57,130 nucleotides of DNA from an uncultured archaeon (GTDB lineage: Archaea; Aenigmatarchaeota; Aenigmatarchaeia; CG10238-14; SCSR01). Both the position numbers and the translations under genes were made by a program. Numbering within the stretch: position 1 is the stretch's first letter; each line of letters starts with the position of its first letter. Shown piece after piece: positions 37,761 through 46,611 of this stretch. The stretch covers positions 1-57,130 of the forward strand of contig CAYJVM010000004.1 of assembly GCA_964373665.1 (NCBI GenBank). The letters run 5' to 3'. Under the pieces are notes generated by a model. The model saw only the letters and a list, made by a program, of their open reading frames with translations. It was not told the origin of the DNA and ran no database searches.

Positions 37761-38228
37761 TTATAGTGCAGGAAGATTTGCGTTCTGCAATTTCTCCTTA
37801 AGTTTCTCTCTCAAGTCCGTTATGTCTCTAAATTTTACAATGTGTGCATTTGTTATACCATTCAAGGCTGGATACATCATACTCACGTTTTCATTCTCGT
37901 TTATTAGGATTATGACTTGCTTCTTTAGCACAGACGCCCACCCAAGCTCTATGTTGACACCTACACTTTCCTCAGGATAAGCAATCATCAAATCTGATTT
38001 CTTGATTTCTTCCAGAGACTTTTTACCTATATATTCTTCAGATAGCTTCGTCTTTCCCCAGTGATGCAAATCCCTATGAGGGAAAAATGTTTCTATCCCA
38101 AAGGACCTAACCAAAGAATCGATGGAATTAAGGAAATTTATGAAAGCCGTGTCTACTATCTGGCCTTTATGTGGACTGTTTTGATTGGATGATTTTTTTG
38201 TATACGGGGCTGATATGAATGCTTTCAC
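37761..38228 (-). CDS. Nucleoside 2-deoxyribosyltransferase family protein
   Basis: FISAPY, FFPHRD and SVGVNIELGWA motifs. Confidence 0.85.
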   Translation of the reverse strand: MKAFISAPYTKKSSNQNSPHKGQIVDTAFINFLNSIDSLVRSFGIETFFPHRDLHHWGKTKLSEEYIGKKSLEEIKKSDLMIAYPEESVGVNIELGWASVLKKQVIILINENENVSMMYPALNGITNAHIVKFRDITDLREKLKEKLQNANLPAL

Positions 38229-38678
38229 TTAAACACCATTAAGATCGACTAGTCTTCCCTCCAAATATTCCCAGACTTTGTTTGACGGGGATGGTGTGGT
38301 GTAAAGTACGCGTCTAGCTCCTTGACCCAAAGCTTGTTGTGTATATGTTCCAGCTCTTGGATTGAAATGAACGTCCACTAAAATAGCCGTTTTATCCTGC
38401 ATATCGCTTGATGGAAATTCTTCCAATTCACGATCATCACTTCTTTCCCTAATGACGTCACTATATATCACACTACATCCCCGAGTTTGCAACGCCTGTA
38501 GTAAAACAGAACCATATAAATTCGGCGGCAAACATTTGTCTTGTATTCCTAAAATTACCACTCTTTCATTTGGAGCAGACCTACTACTATACACACTTGA
38601 AACATATCTCGCAAATACTCTTGCGGGTTCTGCGATTACTCTTTGATAAAATTCCATGTCAGGAAACGATAGAACCAT
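38229..38678 (-). CDS. Hypothetical protein, possibly degenerate PRTase/PyrR-like fold
   Basis: VVILGIQDK...DKTAILVDV weak resemblance. Confidence 0.45.
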   Translation of the reverse strand: MVLSFPDMEFYQRVIAEPARVFARYVSSVYSSRSAPNERVVILGIQDKCLPPNLYGSVLLQALQTRGCSVIYSDVIRERSDDRELEEFPSSDMQDKTAILVDVHFNPRAGTYTQQALGQGARRVLYTTPSPSNKVWEYLEGRLVDLNGV

Positions 38679-38682
38679 TATA

Positions 38683-39273
38683 TCATCTCATTGCAATTAA
38701 TGGAAGTTCTTCATATGGCAGCACCAAAGGGCTTACCAAGCTAGCATGTTCGGTATATGCAGTAGGAAGTTTCAATTCAGCAAAACCTTCCATTGCGGCT
38801 GGTATGACTTGATCTAAGTTTAATTCGCCCCGATTATCTATAGCCCAAATAATCCCGCCTTTCATAGCTTGTCCTGTATAACCAACCCAATCATCAAGTA
38901 TCACAGCGCTTCTCTTTATTACAAAGTCTACGGGTTCTACTCTTCTAAAGCTTCTCCCATAGATGCTATTTATCTGAGTCTGACCATGCTCAAGATTTCT
39001 CCTTACCATATCTCCCTTGCATCCAAGCCCAGAAACAGCTCTGTACTCCCCGCTACTAAAGTCGTTGACTGGCAAGTCATACCGCTTGAAATTCAAGCCT
39101 ATTCCATACTCTCCATTCACTTGCTCAATTAGATCCGCTATTCGTGCTCCTCCCCAACCTAAAGGAAAGAGGAAAAACTGTGAGTTTCCATGATAATCCA
39201 TAATCCGCGAAGCTAGTCTGTATGCGTCTTCTGACGATGGGAGATTATTGCCACTATTCACCATATGTTTCAC
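38683..39273 (-). CDS. Phosphoribosyltransferase-like protein
   Basis: LGWGG and AVILDDWVGYTGQAM PRPP-loop-like motif. Confidence 0.55.
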   Translation of the reverse strand: MKHMVNSGNNLPSSEDAYRLASRIMDYHGNSQFFLFPLGWGGARIADLIEQVNGEYGIGLNFKRYDLPVNDFSSGEYRAVSGLGCKGDMVRRNLEHGQTQINSIYGRSFRRVEPVDFVIKRSAVILDDWVGYTGQAMKGGIIWAIDNRGELNLDQVIPAAMEGFAELKLPTAYTEHASLVSPLVLPYEELPLIAMR

Positions 39274-40207
39274 TCTCTAAAACCTTTATCGAATCTATCA
39301 CCATATCTCCATCCTTGTCAAGTCCCTGAACCACAACAGATAAATTGTCACTACTTTTCAGGTTTTTAAGCGTTTCGCTGATGTGATTGATTAGGAATAT
39401 TACCGCAGCCCTTATCCCTCTTGTCCTAATTCCGCCTATGACCAACACAAACTTTTTACTGTTGAAAGGATTATTAATCTTAGAAATATATCCTATCCTG
39501 TCGTCTTTGAAAGAGTCGCCGGACATTCTGGACTTGAGGATGTTTTTTTCAGGATCCAAATACACGGGAAGGGCAGAATTCACTTTGTTTATGATTGTAT
39601 TGGTCTTTGCATTGCCTATCAAAATCAAATTTTCCTTCATGTCAACTTCCCTTACTTCTGTATCCAGCTTATAGGATGGAGAGTGCATGCTCTTACATAT
39701 CATCCCTAGCATCAGGATAAAATCGGTCAAGTGAGCAGCTTCACTCCCACCGGAGTCGTATGCCCCATGTGGATATGGATCGCCAAAGATTAATTTTGAA
39801 TCCATTATTCCGTTCAAAACAAACGGGGACAATAAATTCTTGGATTGTTCTGGCAGTTCTATAAAACCGTTTTCCTTGACTTCTAGTCCTTTGTCGTGGA
39901 GCTTGGCCGCTATAACAGGGGAAACCACGCTGTAAATTTTCGCTATCATGCCGTGCCTTCTCTCGTTCGAGATAGTGTATATTATTCCGGCCTTTTCGAG
40001 CTTCCTCATGTGGTAGTATACCTTTTGTTCGTGTATTTTCATTTTTCTGGAAACGTCAATTGCGGATGCGGGTGTCTCTGCAAGAGACTTGACTATCTTC
40101 AAAGATGTCTTGCTGTTCAATACTGCAAAGGCACTCGGCTCCACCAGTATCAAAGAGTCGTAAGCCACTCTTCCATTTCCATTGTCCTCGATCAGCGTCG
40201 CCTGCAT
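39254..40207 (-). CDS. ArsR-type HTH protein with C-terminal uncharacterised domain
   Basis: DVSRKMKIHEQKVYYHMRKLEKAGII; GDPYPHG, NLILIGNAKTN and IGGIRTRG motifs. Confidence 0.8.
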   Translation of the reverse strand: MQATLIEDNGNGRVAYDSLILVEPSAFAVLNSKTSLKIVKSLAETPASAIDVSRKMKIHEQKVYYHMRKLEKAGIIYTISNERRHGMIAKIYSVVSPVIAAKLHDKGLEVKENGFIELPEQSKNLLSPFVLNGIMDSKLIFGDPYPHGAYDSGGSEAAHLTDFILMLGMICKSMHSPSYKLDTEVREVDMKENLILIGNAKTNTIINKVNSALPVYLDPEKNILKSRMSGDSFKDDRIGYISKINNPFNSKKFVLVIGGIRTRGIRAAVIFLINHISETLKNLKSSDNLSVVVQGLDKDGDMVIDSIKVLESETYGE

Positions 40208-40432
40208 ACCATCATCCTTCTATTAGTTTTTTTATAATATCTGAATATATATTATAATTTTCTTCATACTAATGTTAAATTTCTTATAAAAAGGTATATA
40301 AATGTTTTGTGGTTTTGAAGCAACTATCATAGATTTTACAACTTTGCTTATAATGATGGTTTATAAACACGCTTTCTAACATCACTTTAGATGTTTGAAA
40401 TGCCCCTAAGAAAATTGCCTGTGTCATTCGTA

Positions 40433-40558
40433 ATGTCTTACGACATAGAACAGCCGCCCCGAGCAGTTGCATTCGTATGTCCGTCATGCAGCACCGAGGT
40501 TGACCTTCATGAGATAGTCGAGGTCAAGGGAGGTATCAAGTGCTCAAATTGCAGATGA
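40433..40558 (+). CDS. 41-aa zinc-finger microprotein
   Basis: MSYDIEQPPRAVAFVCPSCSTEVDLHEIVEVKGGIKCSNCR. Confidence 0.55.
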   Translation: MSYDIEQPPRAVAFVCPSCSTEVDLHEIVEVKGGIKCSNCR

Positions 40559-40661
40559 ACCTTTTGGCCGATCAACCGAAGTTGGAGAACAAACCCCTTG
40601 GAGGATTCCATTAGACCTAAAGTGTTCTCCGACTTCCTTCTTCTTATTCACAGGTGATTCA

Positions 40662-40787
40662 ATGAAAATGTGCCGGACATGCCAAATGAGATATGAGAAC
40701 GGACAATCTTGCAGTATATGCGGAACCATGTTGATTGAAGAGAGGGAAGAATGGATTACGCCCAGAAACTACGAGACTGGTTACTGA
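40662..40787 (+). CDS. 41-aa zinc-finger microprotein
   Basis: AGGTGAT RBS; MKMCRTCQMRYENGQSCSICGTMLIEEREEWITPRNYETGY. Confidence 0.65.
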   Translation: MKMCRTCQMRYENGQSCSICGTMLIEEREEWITPRNYETGY

Positions 40788-40882
40788 CTAGGCGGCGAAT
40801 TGGATTATAGGTTAGGTCGACCGTATGAAACCTTCTAGCTGGGTTAAACTTGCGATTACAAAATTTAGGAAAAGTAAATAGT

Positions 40883-41557
40883 CTATTTAGGTCGCATCAT
40901 CACAAAAAGATGGAACTTTTCATAAGGATCTAATTCGACTTTGTCCAAAATTTCAAAATGTTTGCTTAGAACTTCAATGCTCTCATTATAGACCTGCCTC
41001 GGTGGCTTGGTCACATCTATCGACTGTGATTTTATAGCAATTGCGGCAAATCCATCTTTTGACAAGAACTTTTCACAATTCCTGATCATTATTTGAATTT
41101 GATCGTCGCTGGCCACATCCTCATAAACAAAATCGACTTTACCCAAAACTATGTTCTCGTAATCTTCGGGTATTCTTGCATTTCCAAGTATCGGTACTAT
41201 ATTCCCTCTTTTCTCAGCCATCGGCATCAGCTCCCTGAATGGTCTTTCACTGATCTCCACACTATAAATCAGACCTTCATTTCCAACGATATCGGAAAAG
41301 TGCGAAACTGTAGTCCCGTTGGCTGCTCCCAGATAAAGGACTGACATCCCTTTCTTTAACGGGAACTTTATCAAGCCCTTCTTTATTGCGGCTGCGGGCT
41401 TGCTTCTCCAGAAATCCCATTCCCTATACTCGAGTCCGTTCTCTTTGAACAGAACCTCCCCATAAACCTGCTCTCCAGGCAGAAGATTTACTGTCGCTAT
41501 CTTATCTTCGGTGATGAATATGCCTTCGAATTTTGATCTTTTCACCATGCAAATCAT
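40883..41557 (-). CDS. flpA: Fibrillarin-like rRNA/tRNA 2'-O-methyltransferase
   Basis: VLYLGAANGTTVSHFSDIV and IKSQSIDVT motifs. Confidence 0.97.
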   Translation of the reverse strand: MICMVKRSKFEGIFITEDKIATVNLLPGEQVYGEVLFKENGLEYREWDFWRSKPAAAIKKGLIKFPLKKGMSVLYLGAANGTTVSHFSDIVGNEGLIYSVEISERPFRELMPMAEKRGNIVPILGNARIPEDYENIVLGKVDFVYEDVASDDQIQIMIRNCEKFLSKDGFAAIAIKSQSIDVTKPPRQVYNESIEVLSKHFEILDKVELDPYEKFHLFVMMRPK

Positions 41558-42585
41558 TCGCTGAGAACTTCCTTCACTTTGCTTTCCAAGTCTTTTTTCA
41601 TCTGGGCTGCCTTGTTCTCCTTCGAATAATAGTCGATCTTCACCGCTATGGAAAGCTTGGCCGCCAGCAATCTAGCTATCTTTCCCCTCTTTTCTTGCGG
41701 CGCGTTTTGTATCAACGGATGGTTGTAAATGAGCCCGTATTTTGGTGACTTGGATTTCTTTCTGGACTTTAGAAATCTAAAAAGTGCCTTCTCGCTCCCT
41801 AGCAACTGAATTGTGGAGGATGGCATCCTAGACAGCCTTTCAATTCCGCCAGCTTTTGCGATGAGCTTGGCAGCAATCAAATCGCCTGCAATAGCCGAAA
41901 AATTCGGCGCGATTTCTTTCAGCAGGTTAGAAAGATAACCCGATAGTGTTTTCCTGAGTTCATACAGTTTCAGTATATTTGACGCCAGTTGCTTTACCAT
42001 ATCCGTATCCCGCGTGGTGAAATCAATACCCATGCTTTGACTTGACAACTTTCTTAATTCCGGTTCATCAATCGCCTCTTTGTTTCCATACTTGCCAACT
42101 AGTTTGGCGAATTTTTCATGGTCTGAAACTGCGCGGTCCATCTCTGGAAAATGCAATCCGTACAGCTCCCTCAATCTCTCTACAAAAACGTTTGCTGACC
42201 TGTCGAATTCTTCTATTGCATTAACGGCATGGATTACCAAGTTGTCCCGGCTTGTCTCGGCTTTAACCTTCTTTTTCGTAATCTCTAGATTTATCTGCGC
42301 CAAGAGCTGGTTTAGCTCAATGTTGTCTTTAGCGAACTTGAGTTCCAACGCATATTTTCGGAGGTTCTGGTTCACAAACGCATCCGTATCCCTGTCGTTT
42401 TCCACCACATCTTCAGTTTTCTTCAGCGCCTCTTGCTTAATGGTTTTATACTCTTCTGATTCTTCGGAAAGGAACTTTTCAGCCATTTTGACAGGATCTT
42501 TGGCATAAACTCTGAACAGAACGACCTTCCTATTTTCATCCAAGCCGAACACGCCTATGAGCGTCTTTACGACGTAAATTTTCAT
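41554..42585 (-). CDS. nop5: C/D box RNP protein Nop5 (Nop56/58)
   Basis: YGLHFPE, PSSTIQLLGSEKALF and PKYGLI motifs. Confidence 0.96.
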   Translation of the reverse strand: MKIYVVKTLIGVFGLDENRKVVLFRVYAKDPVKMAEKFLSEESEEYKTIKQEALKKTEDVVENDRDTDAFVNQNLRKYALELKFAKDNIELNQLLAQINLEITKKKVKAETSRDNLVIHAVNAIEEFDRSANVFVERLRELYGLHFPEMDRAVSDHEKFAKLVGKYGNKEAIDEPELRKLSSQSMGIDFTTRDTDMVKQLASNILKLYELRKTLSGYLSNLLKEIAPNFSAIAGDLIAAKLIAKAGGIERLSRMPSSTIQLLGSEKALFRFLKSRKKSKSPKYGLIYNHPLIQNAPQEKRGKIARLLAAKLSIAVKIDYYSKENKAAQMKKDLESKVKEVLSE

Positions 42586-42619
42586 AAGAGTATTTACCAG
42601 AGTAAGCTTTAATTAAATT

Positions 42620-43516
42620 ATGAAACTTGTGAAGAGAACCGTTCTAAAGGAGGTTTACCAAAAAAGAGGCAACTGGTCGCACAAAGGTCAGTTCGGCAAG
42701 TTAGTTGTTATAGCAGGAAGTAATAGGCATACAGGATCTCCAATTTTTGTAGGTATGTCTGCATACAGGGGTGGATGTGATCTGGTTTATTTGGTCGGTC
42801 CTGAAAGAGCCATGGATGTGGCTGCTAACTATTCTCCTGCATTAATAACCGAACCTTTGGACGGTAAACAGCTGGAACCTAGGCATGTTAAAGGAGTCCT
42901 TGACTTGGTTAAGACCTGCAAGGCTACAGCTGTAGTAATTGGTCCTGGTTTGTGGAGAACTCCAAAGACTAGGAAAGCGATAAATGAGCTTGTAAGGAAG
43001 ATTGACTTACCTATGGTGATAGATGCTGATGCAATAAGGGCTGTTAGTGCAATAAAAGATAAATTAAAAAATAAAAGGCTCGTAATCACGCCACACTCAA
43101 GTGAACTACTGGAACTAACTGGTGTGCAAGTTTCAGAAAATATCAAAGATAGAATAAACACGGTTAGGAAAGAGGCTTACAAACTAAACTGCGGTAAAGA
43201 TAACACTTGCCCGTTATACCCGCCTATAACAATTGTTTTGAAAGGAAACGTTGATGTAATATCAAACGGAAAAGAAGTTATGTTAAATGATACGGGTTCT
43301 CCAAAGCAAACCGTTGGGGGTATGGGGGATACTTTAACAGGCATTGCTGGAGCGTTGTTAGCTAGGAAAACTGATACCTTTGTCGCTGGCTGTGCATCGG
43401 CTTTTATTAATGGAAAAGCTGGAGAATATGCAATTAAGAAATATGGTGAATCTACTATTACTACTGACCTCATAGAAGAAATACATACGGTACTAAATGA
43501 AGTAATAAAATATTAG
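42620..43516 (+). CDS. nnrD: ADP-dependent NAD(P)H-hydrate dehydratase
   Basis: SHKGQFG, VIGPGL, VIDADA, ITPH and GGMGDTLTG motifs. Confidence 0.93.
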   Translation: MKLVKRTVLKEVYQKRGNWSHKGQFGKLVVIAGSNRHTGSPIFVGMSAYRGGCDLVYLVGPERAMDVAANYSPALITEPLDGKQLEPRHVKGVLDLVKTCKATAVVIGPGLWRTPKTRKAINELVRKIDLPMVIDADAIRAVSAIKDKLKNKRLVITPHSSELLELTGVQVSENIKDRINTVRKEAYKLNCGKDNTCPLYPPITIVLKGNVDVISNGKEVMLNDTGSPKQTVGGMGDTLTGIAGALLARKTDTFVAGCASAFINGKAGEYAIKKYGESTITTDLIEEIHTVLNEVIKY

Positions 43517-43518
43517 AA

Positions 43519-43659
43519 TCATTTTTCTTCTTTCATTATCTTATTTATACAATACTCTACAGCATGGCTCCTACTTGCAAATCTTCTCGATTGTATTTGT
43601 TTATCGATCCAATCAACTAGTGATTTACTTAAAGTAACCGAAGTTTTTAGTTTACCCAT
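43519..43659 (-). CDS. Ribbon-helix-helix (CopG-like) protein, 46 aa
   Basis: Hand-translated MGKLKTSVTLSKSLVDWIDKQIQSRRFASRSHAVEYCINKIMKEEK. Confidence 0.8.
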   Translation of the reverse strand: MGKLKTSVTLSKSLVDWIDKQIQSRRFASRSHAVEYCINKIMKEEK

Positions 43660-43749
43660 AGAACTATAAAAGAAATTAAAGTATTTAAAGATTATTTTTG
43701 AATACTAAATACCTAAAAGTATTTATATCACATGTTACTAATATAATGT

Positions 43750-44871
43750 ATGTCGGTTGGAAAGAAATTAACAAAACTTAGGAAAGAACTAGGATTGACA
43801 AAGACCAAATTATCGGAAATATCAGGTATGGGTGTTAAAACTATTCGACAAATAGAGACTTCTCAAAGAACACCGATGAAAGAAACATTGGTGAAGATTA
43901 GAGTTGGTATAAAGAAGGAATTTGATTTAGACATATCTGATGTAATCGGTAAGATTGTTTGGGATTTAAAAGACGTTGACAGAGTAACACTTGGTATAAT
44001 CGAAGGTAGTCTACTTGGTGATGGTTCTATTTCTAAAGATGGTATCTATACCCAACAAGCCAAAGATGGAAAATACTTGCAGTGGTTAGCTAAACTCCTA
44101 ACTAAACGGGGTTTACATTGCAGGGTTTTTCCAGCTAAACACAAAAGTGGGTTTTCAAAATCGAAAGATTTCTGGCAATTACATTCTCATAGGTGTCCAG
44201 CACTTGCAGATCTTAGAAAAAAGTGGTATATCAGATACAGAGGTAAAACACTAAAAATAGTACCACCAGGTATTAAAATTATACCAGCAACTTTATTACA
44301 TTGGTATTTAGGTGACGGCTCTTTTAAAAGAGATTTTAGATCAGATCAAATAGTTAGACCTTATGTAAGATTGCATACTTTTGGTTTTACTAGAGACTGT
44401 ATTAAACTATTAATCGATAAATTGGGTGATATAAGATTAAAATTCGTTTCTGTACCTAAATTAAGTTATAAGAAAAAATTCGGATATGATCTTTATTCTG
44501 AACAAGATAGTGTATTTACCTTTTTCAAAAACATAGGACTTTTCCCAATTAAAGGAATAAAAGATTGCATAACAAGAATTGTAACAACTAGAGGTAAAGT
44601 TTACAAATTTAAAGATAAATGGCCTACAAAAGAAGATTGGCTGAGAATATTACCACAAAGCGATAAAATAGGTTTGGTGATCAGAGAGAGGAGAGAAATT
44701 TCAGGAATGAGTCAAAGTGCACTAGCAAGAATAGTTGGAACTGTTTCTCACCACATATGCTGGATAGAAGCTGGAAAGAAGCATCCTAGCACGAGTCTTT
44801 TTAAAAGATTATTGGAAGCTTTACAATTAGATGTTCAAGATGTGTTAGGAATATTAGCCCCATTACGCTAA
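43750..44871 (+). CDS. XRE-HTH / LAGLIDADG / XRE-HTH protein
   Basis: N- and C-terminal XRE HTH (LRKELGLTKTKLSE; ERREISGMSQSALAR); IIEGSLLGDGSI and LLHWYLGDGS. Confidence 0.85.
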   Translation: MSVGKKLTKLRKELGLTKTKLSEISGMGVKTIRQIETSQRTPMKETLVKIRVGIKKEFDLDISDVIGKIVWDLKDVDRVTLGIIEGSLLGDGSISKDGIYTQQAKDGKYLQWLAKLLTKRGLHCRVFPAKHKSGFSKSKDFWQLHSHRCPALADLRKKWYIRYRGKTLKIVPPGIKIIPATLLHWYLGDGSFKRDFRSDQIVRPYVRLHTFGFTRDCIKLLIDKLGDIRLKFVSVPKLSYKKKFGYDLYSEQDSVFTFFKNIGLFPIKGIKDCITRIVTTRGKVYKFKDKWPTKEDWLRILPQSDKIGLVIRERREISGMSQSALARIVGTVSHHICWIEAGKKHPSTSLFKRLLEALQLDVQDVLGILAPLR

Positions 44872-44901
44872 TACTTATTTTGGTATAAAACAATTGAACT
44901 T

Positions 44902-45378
44902 ATGGCGTTTCAAATTACTGCCAACTTTCATAAAAATTCTGTAGAGGGGGTCATTCAATATCCGAATAAAATACTTAGACTACGAAGTAAGAGAGTAACT
45001 AAAATTGATGAAAATACTCGAAAAGTAGCTAAGAAACTAAATAAAATTTTAAGAAAAGTTGATAGGTTATGTAACCCTTGGTTGGGTATGGCGGCTCCTC
45101 AGATTGGATACAATAAACGTATTATTGCCGTAAAGGAATCTTATCATAATTATACGATAATGATAAATCCTGAAATAAAAGAACAAAAATGGTTTTTACC
45201 AATTATAACAAGTTGTTTTAGTTTAAGGGGTTTATATTTAACCAAATGTCATTATTGGTTCAAGATTAGATATCAAGACCTTGTCGGTAAGTACCATACG
45301 AGAGTATTAATAGGTTTGAAAGCTACTCTGATGCAGCAGGAAATAGATCACCTCAATGGTAAATTGATTTGTGACTGA
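44902..45378 (+). CDS. def: Peptide deformylase-like protein (degenerate motifs)
   Basis: YPNKILR and GMAAPQIG conserved; SCFSL replaces EGCLS; QQEIDHLNG replaces HExDH. Confidence 0.8.
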   Translation: MAFQITANFHKNSVEGVIQYPNKILRLRSKRVTKIDENTRKVAKKLNKILRKVDRLCNPWLGMAAPQIGYNKRIIAVKESYHNYTIMINPEIKEQKWFLPIITSCFSLRGLYLTKCHYWFKIRYQDLVGKYHTRVLIGLKATLMQQEIDHLNGKLICD

Positions 45379-45380
45379 AG

Positions 45381-45617
45381 ATGCCTGAACAACTAATTTC
45401 AATCGGTTTAATAATCATGGTTGTAGGATTCGTTATTCTCTTGGCTGGTGTGTTTTCTCAAGCTAAATCCAAGACAAAAGTTGAAGGTGGTGGTGTGGAC
45501 TTCATTGACCCTTTTCCAATCTTCGTCGGAGCGACTAGCAAGGAAATGTTCTATTTCATTTTGGCAATTTCCGCTGTCATAATAATCACCTTCCTAGTGC
45601 TTGGAAGAAAGCTTTAA
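45381..45617 (+). CDS. DUF131/TIGR00304-like membrane protein
   Basis: KVEGGGV.FI.PFPI between two TM helices. Confidence 0.75.
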   Translation: MPEQLISIGLIIMVVGFVILLAGVFSQAKSKTKVEGGGVDFIDPFPIFVGATSKEMFYFILAISAVIIITFLVLGRKL

Positions 45618-45642
45618 ATTCGGGAAAGTTGCATGATTTACC

Positions 45643-46611
45643 ATGTCCGCCAAACTGTTCCTTCTGATGAACCTGACGATAGTGCTCTTGTTCGGATTGA
45701 TGTTCGGCTTGCTTGCGGCCGTGGGCTTTTACTTTAACATCTCCACAATCTTCATGGTAATTTTTGCGTTCGTCCTTGTTTTCATCCAGTGGTTGGTGGG
45801 ACCGTCGATAATCTGGATGACCACGAACATGAGGGCTATAGGGAAGAATGAGTATCCGTGGATATGGGACACTGTCAAAGAGTACTCGAAGAAACACAAG
45901 GTGCCGATGCCGAAGAAGATCGCGCTTGCAAGGAGCGCTGCGCCCAATGCGTTTGTGTTCGGCAGGACGCCTGCATCGGCTACTTTAGCAGTCACGCAAG
46001 GTTTGCTCAATACTCTGACGCGTGAAGAGACCAAGGCTGTCATCGCACACGAGATGGGACACATCAAGCACAAGGACATGGTCGTGATGACTTTTGCAAG
46101 CGTCGTGCCGCTTGTCGCGTATTATGTCTTTATCGGCCTTGTTTACGGTAGGGGTGACGGAGAGAAGAGGGATGTAGGTGCGGCGATACTGATTGGTATC
46201 GGTGCGTATCTCGTCTATATCGTTTCTAACCTCATGGTACTTGCGCTGTCAAGATATAGAGAATATTATGCAGACCGTTTCGGCGGCAGTGTATCCAAAC
46301 CGAGCGTGCTAGCATCGGCATTGGTCAAGATCACATACGGATTGAGCAATCATAAAAAGGAAGCTTCTCGCGATGCTTTGCGTTCGTTCTACATCGCAGA
46401 CCCTGTGACGTCCAACATGGAGATATCAAAGTTTTCATCCGAGTATTCCGATCTGCATATAAGCGACAAGGAGATCAAGAGTGCGATGGAGTGGGAAAAG
46501 AAGAATTGGTGGGTCAGACTTGGGGAAATTTTCAGGACACACCCTCTGACTGTTTTCCGTGTTAAGGCATTAATGGAATTAGAAGAGAAATTGAAAGGTA
46601 AGAGAAACTAG
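45643..46611 (+). CDS. htpX: Zinc metalloprotease HtpX
   Basis: PNAFVFG, AHEMGH, SRYREYYAD and FRTHP motifs. Confidence 0.95.
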   Translation: MSAKLFLLMNLTIVLLFGLMFGLLAAVGFYFNISTIFMVIFAFVLVFIQWLVGPSIIWMTTNMRAIGKNEYPWIWDTVKEYSKKHKVPMPKKIALARSAAPNAFVFGRTPASATLAVTQGLLNTLTREETKAVIAHEMGHIKHKDMVVMTFASVVPLVAYYVFIGLVYGRGDGEKRDVGAAILIGIGAYLVYIVSNLMVLALSRYREYYADRFGGSVSKPSVLASALVKITYGLSNHKKEASRDALRSFYIADPVTSNMEISKFSSEYSDLHISDKEIKSAMEWEKKNWWVRLGEIFRTHPLTVFRVKALMELEEKLKGKRN

